The notes under the pieces are model-generated. The model did no database searches. It saw only the letters and a program-made list of their open reading frames with translations, and was not told the DNA's origin. A stretch of 63,991 nt of DNA, the filler included, from Ionaspis alba (taxonomy: Eukaryota): the NCBI GenBank assembly GCA_964255285.1. It is 3 parts of 3 records of this genome, joined end to end, with 100 filler letters (N's around TTAATTAATTAA, not from the genome) between each part and the next. Parts side by side here need not be neighbours in the genome. Positions count along the whole stretch, not along the records: positions 1 to 22,628 come from CAXUUL010000200.1; 2 more parts are not named here. One strand, written 5' to 3'. Made by a program: the position numbers and the translations under genes. Within the stretch, counting starts at the first letter, position 1. Every line of letters starts with the position of its first letter. This document shows, in pieces, positions 1 through 11,158 of this stretch.

Positions 1-2331
1 TTGTTCTCCGGCTTGTTTTCCGTTTCTCCATCGTTCTCGCTCTCACTTATTGTGAAATGTTTCTTCTGAAATCTTGGTGAGCTGATATGTCGTACTATGA
101 GACAGGTCAATCATCAATGACGAGATAGTTTAACGAACATGCACCTACTCAGAGTCTTGGCTATCTCCAGATGGCCATCCTTTTCTGATAACCGGAATAA
201 TTGAGCACTTTCCAAGTTAGCCTTGCATTTGAAGCAAAGACCTTCAGCGCTCCCAATTCGGCTCCCTGTGGTATGTGCCTCCTCGCGAAGAAAGAAATCC
301 TTCACTGTTTTGTGACGCAGGCTTATTACACGCGATTCCGAAGAAACTTCGAGGAATAACCCTCCTGCTGTCCGGATCTGACTATCGTGCAAGTTGTGGT
401 CGCTAGATATATAGATGTCTTCAAGCAACTCTTCAATATCTTCTCTGTAATCGTATGCCCGACTATACGCATCCATGACTTCTGGGACTCGAATATCACC
501 TTCTGCGAGGATGGTCCACATTAGACTGGTTTTGAGCAGATCTAGGTATGCGGGATCGGTCTGCTGCAGACTGTGCAGATAGGATTCGGTCAAGCCCGCC
601 GGTAGGTCTTTGAGTCTGTTCTGCAAAGGCCGCTGCCAGGGTTGGCGTAAGAACTTGATCGCCAAGTCAACATATCGGAACTGGCCCGATGCTTTTTTGA
701 CAACTTCGTCACAAGCGAGCGCTCTTTCCGTCATAGTCCACCCTGGTATCCTTTCCAACTGAGATGTAACATTCTTTCGAATGTCCTCCTCATTCCATCC
801 CTCAAGTTTGATATTTGGCAAGCAAGCTAGATCATCGGCAATGTCTGCTTCTGGACGAGAAGATATTAGAATCTTCAGGCGAATGTCGGTAGTCCGTATC
901 ATGCTGCGGAAGGCTTGTAGGAATTTTTGTTGGTGTCGGTCACTGCATTCATCCAACGCATCAATCACAAGATAAACAGTTCGATTATACGCTCGAGCTA
1001 GCCCCTCGTAGGCTTCCTGGAAATCGAGACCCTTTTTCTCGGAGTTGGGCTTCTCTTTCATCGAACTACCTTTCTTGTTAAGCGCTTTCTTGAGCACTTC
1101 ATTGGTCTTGTCCAATAAATCTGGCGAAGACTTGGAAAGGGCGTATAGTTGATAGACCATGTTCTGCATTATCCCAATGGTCAACTGTGTGGCATCATCT
1201 CCAGTTTTGCAAAAGAAGAATTGCACAGGGTCTTGTTCAGCGCATGTAGCTTTCAGGCCCTCAATCACGGTCGACATGAGGATTGACTTGCCAAACCCTG
1301 GACCTCCAGACACCCAGAGCAAGCTGCTCTCGGGTGCAGCATACCATGCTTTGTACTCGTCAATGTTGAATATCCACTTGCACGTGTTCTGCTCGCGACG
1401 TTGAAGGTTAGCTTCGTATAGGGGAAACTGATCAACCGATGACTTTAGATCCTTCTTGTTGCTCTCAAACTCGTCTTTCGCCTTCTCGTATGGGGTCTTC
1501 TTCCTCATGTCCTTCAAGTTCTCCTCAGTCGAACGGGCAATGGTGTTCAGGATTTCCGTATTCATGGCAAGCATGCTTTTCATCTCTGCTTGGTTCTGGA
1601 GACCAGTCTCCTGTAAATGCACCACGAGCTGTTCAGTTGCCGTTCTGGCATACTCTCTCATTTTTGTCTCGCCCTGTTGGATAGCTGATATCTGACCCTC
1701 AAACTCCGATTTTGACGAAGTGACCATCCCTTTAGCAATTCGTACTAATAGTTTCGTTAGCGAAGCTCGCTATAAGCCCGGTATTTTGCTTACCTGCCGT
1801 GTGCTTGCCCATGTGCTTCTTTACAGCATATGAGAAATCCAATACATTGGCATAGATTTCGGGGATGAATGCCACAACCTTGTTGTGAATCTCTCGAAAA
1901 TCGTCCGGGCCGCTGCGATTGCCATACATTCTACCGTAAACGCGGCATGATATCATGATTCCAATGATATCAGCACAAGCTCCGCTGAAACGTGTGAAGG
2001 TGGCAAAGTCGTCTCTGAAAGAGCTCATACATAGGCGAATGCCCATCCACACCAAACCCACGCTCTCTGGTGCGGACTTGATCGCAATGTCTCCAACCTT
2101 CATAAGACTGTCTATCTTGGATAGAACATTTCCAAGTCCTTTGGCATACTTGCTACCAGCTTCTCTCTGTGACGCTAAGCAGCTTTCTTGGACACTAAGG
2201 CCTGTGGTTTGTGTCCCGAGGAACTCCCTCCTCATATCATTGTCCTTGTGTCTTTGCTCGAATGCTGTTCGAGCCAAGATCCAATTTTGCGTCTCGAAGT
2301 CCAGTTCCACTTTGCTAAAAGACGCTTCCAT
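1..2331 (-). CDS. NACHT-domain STAND NTPase (fungal NLR-like), 3' end runs off the window
   Basis: ATG 2331; introns 1745-1793 (GTAAGC..CTAAC..TAG) and 95-148 join the ORFs in frame. Walker A GGPGFGKS, Walker B LVIDALDEC, TCKWIF..YKAW pre-NACHT motif, ILISSRPE; helical N-terminal domain of the NWD/NACHT-N type. Confidence 0.88.
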
Positions 2332-3143
2332 TATGCTGGTCACAGGTCAAAGGCATAGGAGACTCAAGGATTAGAGAATGCGAGTGACTGTATAACAAAA
2401 TAATATACAGCAGCAGTCACCGAACAAGAACAGCGTTATAGGAAAGTCTTTCTCGAGATTGGAATAGTTCATGAGAGCAGCTGTCTATATATACACTCGA
2501 AGCAGTGGCCCTCATTAGAGCCCAGTTTGGCCCCCACACTGAGGCGATGAGGCATGCCATGGGGATTGGCAGATGTCCACAAGCAAAGTGATGGAGAAAG
2601 GGGAACGCAATGGCCGTGCATAGGTTGCTGCCAGCCAGTGTCTTTGGTGGCGTGTCAAGGATGCATGAATCGATAGGGGTTGGTCCCTGATTGCCTAGAT
2701 CATGTGGGAGTAGCTGACTTTGCGGCTGAAGCATCGAGAACCGGTACTTCTCATTGCATCTTTTCTGGGTCATGCGCGAGACATGATTCATCTTTGAAAT
2801 CTTTCTAATTAGCGGCCTGTGATCAACAAATACAGGTATATGCTCTGATCAAGGCATGAAGGGGCATTGCCAATAATTCGAAGCACGAGTAAGAGCCAAA
2901 GTACGGCTACTGCCGCATTCCTCTGAAAAGCAAATAAAATAGCAGCTCCTGCCGGCGTAAAAACAATCCGTATTACTTTAGTTTGTGTGATGATTTGGCG
3001 CCTAGCGTGCAAGGATCGGCATGAAGTGCTTGAGCCGCACAAGGGCCTGCCTCCGGACGCCAAGATTTCGTGTCGCACTTTTTCTGGTTGACGAACGAAG
3101 CAGTGAGTGTGTCTGAACACGGGATTTTTGAATAGCATTTACC

Positions 3144-4196
3144 ATGGTAAGCTATTATGTCCCATAAAGAATAACGATGTGGATATACTGACATTGCTGT
3201 AGCCTCAAAATGAGCAAGTATCTCCACAGCACTGCATAGATATGGACACTAATTCTTTAGATATATTGAGCGGTGGCAGAAGCAACACGGCAAGAGGTAT
3301 AAGATCCTGCTGAACATACATGACGATCTTTTAGCTCACATCTACAGACTCGATCACGAGGAACGGGCACGAAAGCGCATTGCGCGGGAGGGCCACAAGC
3401 AATCTCAAGATGCCCAGAAACTACACGGCCTTCGAGCCAAGCTGTACCAGAAAAAGCGGCATGCCGAGAAAATACAGATGAAGAAGCAGATAAAAGCCCA
3501 CGAGGAACGCAATGTCACGTCCGCCGCTCCCAACGAACCATCCTCGACGCCTCTACCACAATATCTTCTGGACCGTTCACAAGCTACAAATGCTAAGGCG
3601 CTGTCGAGCGCTATCAAGAACAAGCGGGCCGAGAAGGCAGCGAAGTTCAGTGTGCCGTTGCCGAAGGTCAGAGGAATTGCGGAGGAGGAGATGTTCAAGG
3701 TTGTGAAGACTGGGAAGAAAACAGCAAAGAAGGGTTGGAAAAGGATGATAACAAAGCCTACATTCGGTACGATTCTACCAAGGCAGAAAGCTTTTAGGAT
3801 ACATAGAGGCTGACTAATTCATAGTTGGAAACGACTTCACACGACGGCCGGTCAAGTATGAGCGATTTATACGGCCTATGGGTCTACGTTACAAAAAGGC
3901 CAACGTCACGCATCCAGAACTTGGTGTGACTGTGCAGCTACCTATTATATCCGTGAAGAAGAATCCTCAGAACCCTATGTACACGCAACTAGGGGTTTTG
4001 ACAAAAGGAACAATAATAGAGGTAAACGTCAGTGAACTGGGACTGGTCACTGCAGGTGGAAAGGTGGTCTGGGGAAGGTGGGCGCAGATCACGAACAACT
4101 GCGAGAACGACGGATGCGTTAATGCGTGAGATCTAACCCTCAATTCGTAATCGAGTAAACGATATTAACGGCTTCTATAGGGTGTTACTGGTATGA
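3144..4196 (+). CDS. NSA2: Ribosome biogenesis protein Nsa2
   Basis: Exons 3144-3146 (ATG), 3203-3213, 3261-3296, 3348-3766, 3825-4125, 4181-4196 give [23 protein letters not shown]...[23 protein letters not shown]...DGCVNAVLLV*. Confidence 0.96.
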
Positions 4197-4636
4197 TCGT
4201 TTGTGTTGGCAGTTAGATGATGGCATAGCGTGGCGTTTTGACAAGGTGTCTTACCCTTTGAGAAGGGTCGCGGATTCACGAGCAAACTGGTTTTTCTTAT
4301 GCAATGCAAATGAGGCTCTGTGTCGGGCGCAGGATCGAAATTATAAGTACTGAAGGGCCATACATGTGTATTACGATCTCAGCCCAACGGAGAACTTGGT
4401 CTGGAGGTCTTTCAGACCCCAAAATGATTCTTTTTATAGTAGAGAAACACCCAGGCGATTCTTTAACTTGAGACTAATATTTAGAAATGCTAGACTCGCT
4501 CGCTGAAACGCTCCGGGAATCCTATCATAACTCGTGACGGTAACAAGCCAAAAGTGACTCCCGATCCAGTCAATCTCTCGCCTCATCCAAAGAGGGGAAG
4601 ACATGTTATATACAAAGAGTGGGATATCCAATCCCA

Positions 4637-7186
4637 CTAAGCCCGGCCTTCCTCAACAGCCGCCTTGATACTAGCAAAGAATCTCGCAGGCCAAGTCGAT
4701 AGCTCCACATCGCTAGGCATTCCCCTTTCACGAATATGCTTAATAATATTATGTTGCAATCGTGCAAGAAGTTCCTCACCCACAGGAACAGTGCCTTGTA
4801 ACTGTGCGTCAGGATTCAGGAAGGGATCCGTATCGCTCAAAAGCTGCTCAACACTTGGTCGTTGCGTCAAATCTCGATTCAGACATCTCCGGAGCGTTCT
4901 GATCAGGCCCGTGGGTACGAGAGCGCCTCCCACGCCTGTGTCCGGGTATTGTATCACGTGTACCGGGTTCGGAATAGCCATGATCCGTTGCATCTGGTTC
5001 GTGATATGAGCGAAGGGTGGTTTGCCGTAAACCATCTGGTAGAGAATGCAGCCTAAGCTCCATACGTCGCTGGGCTTCCCCAGTTTCATCATCTTTCCGA
5101 CACTTGATGGAAGACCCTTGGTGGCATTCGAGTCGACCAGAGCTTCTGGAGACATGTAGTTCGGCGTCCCGATTTGCTGCTCTCGATGGACATTGACCGT
5201 GTCGTCTTGAATGGCGTTTGCAATCCCAAAATCAATGAGCTTCAATCGCCCCTGCACAAGGAGGAAATTCGCGGGCTTGAGATCAGAATGCACGATGTCA
5301 AACTGATGAACGGCTTGAACGCACTCGACCATTTCTTTCCAGAAATATCGCGTGAAGGTGATATCAAACTTGGCATTTTCGGCGTTCAATCGAAAGGTCA
5401 GAACTCTGTTTAGATCCGACTCTCCCATTTCCATCAAGATGCTGAGAGTTTGCCTTTCATCGTTGATTTCATAGTCAAATAGACGTACTACCCTGTCGAC
5501 ATTCTCGAGCTTCCGTAGTAATTCGATTTCGCCTTTATATCCACAGATAGCTAATTGGTCCACATCCTCAAGGGAGACTCTTTTCAGGGCGAAGATTTTG
5601 TGGTTTTCGGCCATGACTCGATAGACCCTGGCGCTACCACCTCTACCTATGCAGTCCATACGAGTAAAGAGCTTTTTGTTCACAGTGATCATGCTGCGTT
5701 TTTTCTTCTGTGACGCAGATGCTGCTCCCGCGGTTGCAGTAGCGGTCTCTAGCACAGTCATCTTGGGAGGAGCAGGCGCTGTACGATGAGGTGTGTTGTG
5801 GCTCTTCGGGGCCAACGCCTTCCTAGGAGGCGACGCTGTTGTAGGTGTTGCTGCCATCATCTGATCGTCAATCATGACACTCATCTTTTGGGGTTTGTCC
5901 ATCAGATCAAGCCCATTGGATTTGTTACGCTTGAATGTTGGCGGAGGCTCGTTCTCTTGGTCAAATCGTGAAGGCAGAGCAGGCAGAGACGGAATCTTGA
6001 ACACTGGTTCATCACTTCTGGCAGATGATCCGTGGGATTGGCTTGATACCGTAGACTTCGTTGAGCCACTCTTTCGCGTTCGACTGGTCTTGTTTGGCTC
6101 AGTCTCCATAGGCCTTACTGCAAAATCCCTAGAAACATGAGGCTCAGCGGCAAATTTGACGTGGATCTCATGAGGCTTTTCGCCGTTCTCTTGTTCGGCA
6201 GTATGCTTGTCATTCAATAGCGCCGAACGAACCTCCTGGGCTTCTGGGTCGTGCGGGTCATCCTCGTTCTTGGAGGGTGGCTGTGCTTCATCGCAATGTA
6301 GACGTTCTTCCTGTACCGGGCTTTGATCCTCTTCACTGTGCCTCCTAATCATCCCTCTTCGAGCAGGTCCACTGAGGTACCGGCCTGCTACTTTCCCGAC
6401 TCTCGTAATGCGTAAAGAGCCGTGTGCAGCTGTTTCGTCTCGCTTCACTCGATTGACGGTGAGGCTACCCATCTGTGACACAGCTTCTTGGACAGCATCG
6501 GACTCCCGTCCTGGTCTTGAAGAGTATTGTTCAGAGGTGCCACTGCTGGGTAGAGAGCCTGGTAGATCGGATCGGAGCGATTCGGTTTGAACATGTGCGG
6601 AATCTGAATTAGAATTCTCTGGATGAGCTCTCCTTGGTCTTGGGGCTGGTGTCTCCCAGTCATTTCGATCTTGCGACTGAACTGGGCTGCCATGAGCGCT
6701 CGAAGCAGATATTGTCCTTCGAAGAGTTGTAGAGCCGTTAGAGCCTGCACTTAACCTAACTACACGAGGACTCCCAAGACGAGCGGCTGCTGGCGATGCG
6801 GTTCGCTCTCGAAGTAGGGAATGAGAAGGTTGTAGACGTTCCCGCTTCGAAGGGCTCCCCGTTGCAACGAGCCGATCGTTCGTGTGTATTCTGTCTTTAT
6901 CCCTTTCTAGCTGTCCGAAACCTTGCTCTGAATCCTTGACACCCAGTATTTCTTCCGCCTCCGCGCTGAGGAGGGGTGCTGATGCTTCGTCATCAGAGCT
7001 GTCTCCAACAGAATTCTTTCGTGGTGAAAGGGAGGGATTGTTCGTGAGTGTTGACACGGTCGATAATGGTGAACCACGTTTGAAGTACGGTCTCAAAGGC
7101 TGAGTTCGCGAGATTTGTCGTGTTGGAGCTCGTGTGGATATTCCGTCGAAGCTGTTTCCTAACAGTGTAGGTGGCGCTACCGCCAT
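4637..7186 (-). CDS. MPS1: Mps1/TTK spindle checkpoint kinase
   Basis: Single 849-aa ORF; IGRGGSARVY, HSDLKPANFLLV, KLIDFGIANAIQDDTVNVHREQQIGTPNYMSPE, the Mps1-type activation loop. Confidence 0.93.
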   Translation of the reverse strand: MAVAPPTLLGNSFDGISTRAPTRQISRTQPLRPYFKRGSPLSTVSTLTNNPSLSPRKNSVGDSSDDEASAPLLSAEAEEILGVKDSEQGFGQLERDKDRIHTNDRLVATGSPSKRERLQPSHSLLRERTASPAAARLGSPRVVRLSAGSNGSTTLRRTISASSAHGSPVQSQDRNDWETPAPRPRRAHPENSNSDSAHVQTESLRSDLPGSLPSSGTSEQYSSRPGRESDAVQEAVSQMGSLTVNRVKRDETAAHGSLRITRVGKVAGRYLSGPARRGMIRRHSEEDQSPVQEERLHCDEAQPPSKNEDDPHDPEAQEVRSALLNDKHTAEQENGEKPHEIHVKFAAEPHVSRDFAVRPMETEPNKTSRTRKSGSTKSTVSSQSHGSSARSDEPVFKIPSLPALPSRFDQENEPPPTFKRNKSNGLDLMDKPQKMSVMIDDQMMAATPTTASPPRKALAPKSHNTPHRTAPAPPKMTVLETATATAGAASASQKKKRSMITVNKKLFTRMDCIGRGGSARVYRVMAENHKIFALKRVSLEDVDQLAICGYKGEIELLRKLENVDRVVRLFDYEINDERQTLSILMEMGESDLNRVLTFRLNAENAKFDITFTRYFWKEMVECVQAVHQFDIVHSDLKPANFLLVQGRLKLIDFGIANAIQDDTVNVHREQQIGTPNYMSPEALVDSNATKGLPSSVGKMMKLGKPSDVWSLGCILYQMVYGKPPFAHITNQMQRIMAIPNPVHVIQYPDTGVGGALVPTGLIRTLRRCLNRDLTQRPSVEQLLSDTDPFLNPDAQLQGTVPVGEELLARLQHNIIKHIRERGMPSDVELSTWPARFFASIKAAVEEGRA

Positions 7187-7539
7187 TTTATATTGATACT
7201 TCTGGCTGATGGCGATAACCTCCGATGCATTGTCTAGTCAAGCATGAGCGATAGTACAGAGCAATTGCGATATTCAATGACGTGACAGCCTTTATATTGT
7301 CGTGCAGTTCGACGCACTGCTGTCGCGACGAATCCCGGGCCGGCGAAATGGTCTGTCGGTCCAAGCTTGAAAATCAATAGTTGACCGGGCAACGAGCTCG
7401 GTTATGTGACAACTAGATCGCCCATTCTAGTCACTTGAGCACAGTCAAACCTAATAGTAGCTGTACAGAACTCTGATAACAGGTATGATATTTTTACTTT
7501 AAGCTGAGGATGGGCATATGTCCACTTTGAGGCACAATG

Positions 7540-9294
7540 CTAAATACCAGCGCCATCATCACAACCCCAGAGCTTCACAGTCCTATCCATACCAGAAGTG
7601 GCGATCCATCTGCTGTCAAGGCTGACATCGACACTCATCACGTTCCCGGAATGCCCACTCAACGTCTTTGCAAGCGCCCAGTCGTCAGCTGAGAAAATAT
7701 TGACACTCTTGTCGTAGCCGCTGGATACAAAGAACGTGCCGGCTTTTTTGGGCTGGATCTCTCCCTTCTCGTCCTTCTCTTCCAACTTCACCCTGACAGA
7801 TTCATTGTGTCCCTTGTACCATCGCAGATCCGAAACTGTACTTTTGTGTGCACCGACTCCACCCACACATCGAACCATCCTCACATCCCAGCATTTCACC
7901 CAGCCGTCGCCGGATCCAGACAGTACACGATATCCATCTACACCCCAGTCGAGGGCATAGATCTCTCGGATATGCCCGTCAAGTATCATTGCCGTTCGCC
8001 CTGTTCGTAGGTCCCAGATCCTCCCAATGCTGTCGAGTCCAGCGCTTGCAAGTAGAGATCCATCGGTATTGAAACTTACTGCATAGACCTCGCGAGAATG
8101 TCCCTCCTGAAGCTGCAGTTCAGTCGTCGTCTCCACATCCCATAATCTCCATGTTGTGTCGAAAGACGCCGATGCAAGATATCTCCCTGACGGATGAAAC
8201 TCAACCCTACATACGCGCCCGTTATGGCCCGAGAGCGTGGAAATGGGTGTATCTTGTGTCAAAGACCATAGGTGAACATTTCCATCTCCACCCCCGGATG
8301 CGAGGTTGACAGCTCCTGCCGAAACGGTGCTCGAAGGTAGAGTAGCCCCTGGAAACCAAGTAATACCTCCGACTCGATCTATGTGACCTCGTAGGGTTTT
8401 CCTGGGCTCAAGATTTGGTACATCCAGCAGCTTGATTCCTCCGCCCCAATTACCTGCGGCAATGGTCTCTCCATTCGGAGAGAATCGTGCAATGCTGACC
8501 GGTCTCTCGCCCGCGATCTGACTTCCTGCCAATTCAAAGAGCTGCAGTCGATCTTTTATGGCCTTTCTATGTTTTATGTGTGTTCTCAGTGGTATCGTCG
8601 ATTCGATTTTCTGGCTTGCTATCCTGGCTTTTGCTTGAGGTAACGAATATCGCGCGATTTCCTTTCGGGCCTCCAACAACTCAGTCATTCCTTCGGAGTA
8701 GAACTCTTCCTCCTGACCCTCCTGCGCATCCTCTCCCTCACCACCCTCTTGCATCTGTGTGTCGCCATCGCCGTCGCCTTCCAGCTCAGATTTTAACACG
8801 AGGAGCTCTCTTAGACGGTCTCTTCTATCCACAGGCTCTTCCCCAAATAACGTGATCGGTTCCCCTAGCTCTCTTAAACGTGTACGAACACGTCCATCGT
8901 CTGTCGGAACTGCAATAGCGGCCGCTTTCCGCCGTCGTTGAAACTGTGATAGGATGGCTGAAGCCTTTTCTGGTGCTATCCCCGCTGTCGCCGAAGGCAT
9001 CAAATAGTCGCGATCAAGCGCTACGTAAAAGTCAGTCGAGATCTTCTTATTGTAATTTATGAGTACATACGGATATTGCTGAGATCGACGCCCATATCCG
9101 TATCCTATCCATGCACCGAGCCTATCAGCAGGCAATTCTCTCATCCTGCAGAACCCCAGTCTCCAAGGGGAAGAGGATCGTGCTTCTGATATGTCGCATG
9201 AACATTTTGCACATTCGGCAGATGCAGGACTTGGGTTCTGACTAACCTCTGGTTCCGCCTCCTCCACATATGCCTGTCTGGAAGGATGTATCAT
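7540..9294 (-). CDS. PRP4: U4/U6 snRNP WD40 protein Prp4
   Basis: PRP4/SFM motif VPTDDGRVRTRLRELGEPITLFGE..DRRDRLR followed by WD40 repeats; predicted introns 9105-9246 and 9021-9070. Confidence 0.93.
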   Translation of the reverse strand: MIHPSRQAYVEEAEPEVSQNPSPASAECAKCSCDISEARSSSPWRLGFCRMRELPADRLGAWIGYGYGRRSQQYPYVLINYNKKISTDFYVALDRDYLMPSATAGIAPEKASAILSQFQRRRKAAAIAVPTDDGRVRTRLRELGEPITLFGEEPVDRRDRLRELLVLKSELEGDGDGDTQMQEGGEGEDAQEGQEEEFYSEGMTELLEARKEIARYSLPQAKARIASQKIESTIPLRTHIKHRKAIKDRLQLFELAGSQIAGERPVSIARFSPNGETIAAGNWGGGIKLLDVPNLEPRKTLRGHIDRVGGITWFPGATLPSSTVSAGAVNLASGGGDGNVHLWSLTQDTPISTLSGHNGRVCRVEFHPSGRYLASASFDTTWRLWDVETTTELQLQEGHSREVYAVSFNTDGSLLASAGLDSIGRIWDLRTGRTAMILDGHIREIYALDWGVDGYRVLSGSGDGWVKCWDVRMVRCVGGVGAHKSTVSDLRWYKGHNESVRVKLEEKDEKGEIQPKKAGTFFVSSGYDKSVNIFSADDWALAKTLSGHSGNVMSVDVSLDSRWIATSGMDRTVKLWGCDDGAGI

Positions 9295-9461
9295 TTTGAA
9301 AGAGACAACTGAGACTCAAGAAATGAGAGCCTCTGAACATTCAGCTTAGCAAGATTTACGGCAACAAGAAGGCTTCTAAGGGGTGGTCTGTGACAAGGCA
9401 ACCTCCTTTCAGTCCGCAAAATGCCAAGTGATATTGCTCAGCCCTATGGAAAGGAACGATA

Positions 9462-9634
9462 GTCTCCGCGATCACCAATATGAATCTATCACCAATATGG
9501 GCGCTAAAATTTTGCTAACAAAATAACTGTGCCAAGGACAGAATGGCCACGTTAAAATCTTGGCATAGTCATTTTGTTAGCGAAAAAATTAGCGCCCATA
9601 TTGGTGATAGATTCATATTGGTGATCGCGGAGAC
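9462..9634. mobile_element. MITE-like foldback element with ~75-bp inverted arms flanked by TA
   Basis: The first 46 bp (GTCTCCGCGATCACCAATATGAATCTATCACCAATATGGGCGCTAA) are the exact reverse complement of the last 46 bp. About 30 more bp pair imperfectly around a ~20-bp spacer. TA at 9460-9461 and 9635-9636; internal direct repeat ATCACCAATATG x2 per arm. Confidence 0.72.
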
Positions 9635-9817
9635 TATATTTTTGTTCTTCGGGCGCTCGTCATCACAACCCATTCAGACCACCACCCTCCACTCCTCAGG
9701 CGCTCAAACCTCGTTCTTCCTCACTTCGCGCATTGGCCGCGAATCTAGGTGGGCCACTAGGTTCCACTCTGTTCTACAATGGACGTTCTGCCCAGGGGAT
9801 TACGATAACCATTACTT

Positions 9818-11013
9818 ATGGCCGCGATGCGGCCCATGAAGACTCTTACGCTGCTTGGACTTTCCCCAATCTTACAGACGTCGGCGTGTCCAAATGTACC
9901 AATATTCTTCCAGCATAATGTTCAATCGCAGCGTTCTTCTTATTCAACAACTGCATCTTCAGAGTCTGTTAGCTACAGAATCGCGGCTTCATTTTCTCCC
10001 AAAGGCTATCGCTTCAATCCTAAACTGGACCTTTTCTCGTTTGATCGAAGCCGACATATGGTTAGAGACCGCACTATCAGGACAAGGCCCAACAGTGGTC
10101 AAGATGCATTTTTTGTTAGCAGCATTGGGGACAGTACAAATATGGCATTCGGTGTCGCGGATGGAGTAGGGGGCTGGGCAGACTCGGGCATTGACTCTGC
10201 CCATTTTTCGCACGGTCTTTGCAGATACATGACCGAAGTCGCGGAGAGTACGGGGAATGCATCCGAGCCAAAACTCAAAGCTGGTGTTCTTCTTCAAAAG
10301 GCGTACGATGCGACTGTTGCTGACCGATTGATTCCTGGTGGCGGGTCCACGGCGTGTATAGCAGTTGGTCAGACGAATGGAAACCTAGAGGTTGCAAAGT
10401 GAGAGGTCTTCTTCACTTTCTCTGAATAACGATGCTGATCAATCTTAGTCTTGGGGATTCTGGTTTTTTACAGCTTCGACCCAATGCGGTCTATTATTCT
10501 TCCAAACCTCAAACACACGCTTTCAATACACCTTATCAATTATCCATGATTCCACCTCAAGTACTAGCAAGAGTAAGGGCTTTCGGTGGACAATACCTCA
10601 GCGACTTTCCACGGGATGCTAACATCAGCAACCATAAAGTCAAGCACGGTGACGTGCTCATATTTGCAACCGATGGTGTCTGGGACAATCTTAATTCCAC
10701 AGATGTACTCAAACTCGTCAGTCGGTATATGATTGGCTTCAATGGCTGGATATCTGGCAAAGATGGCGGTCTTGCCATTTCAGACCATCTTCGCTCTCTC
10801 ACGGAAGATGGGGGAATTGCGAAAGACCACGAGAATAGCCTTCAGGCCATGATGGCTGTTGCCATTACAGGAGAGGCAAAAATGGCTAGCTTGAATACTA
10901 GAACGGACGGGCCATTTGCTAGAGAAGTCCAGAGATTCTACCCTCGTGAAGAGTTTCACGGCGGTAAGGTTGATGACATCTGTGTGGTGGTTGCTGTGGT
11001 CGTGCAGAATTAG
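9818..11013 (+). CDS. PTC7: PP2C-family protein phosphatase Ptc7 (probably mitochondrial)
   Basis: GQDAFF, FGVADGVGGW, GGSTAC, ANLGDSG (across intron 10399-10448), QTHAFNTPYQL, ATDGVWDNL, GGKVDDI; Arg/Ser-rich presequence-like N-terminus. Confidence 0.92.
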
Positions 11014-11158
11014 GGATGAATATTAGAGTATTGATACAACAAGCCGCAAGGTCTACAATTATTGATATTTGCCGAACAAGAAGCGCAGATGTTACATGTT
11101 GTACATATTGATTCAGTCCAATCGTGAGCATTACATAGTGGGTATCATATTTCACCAT

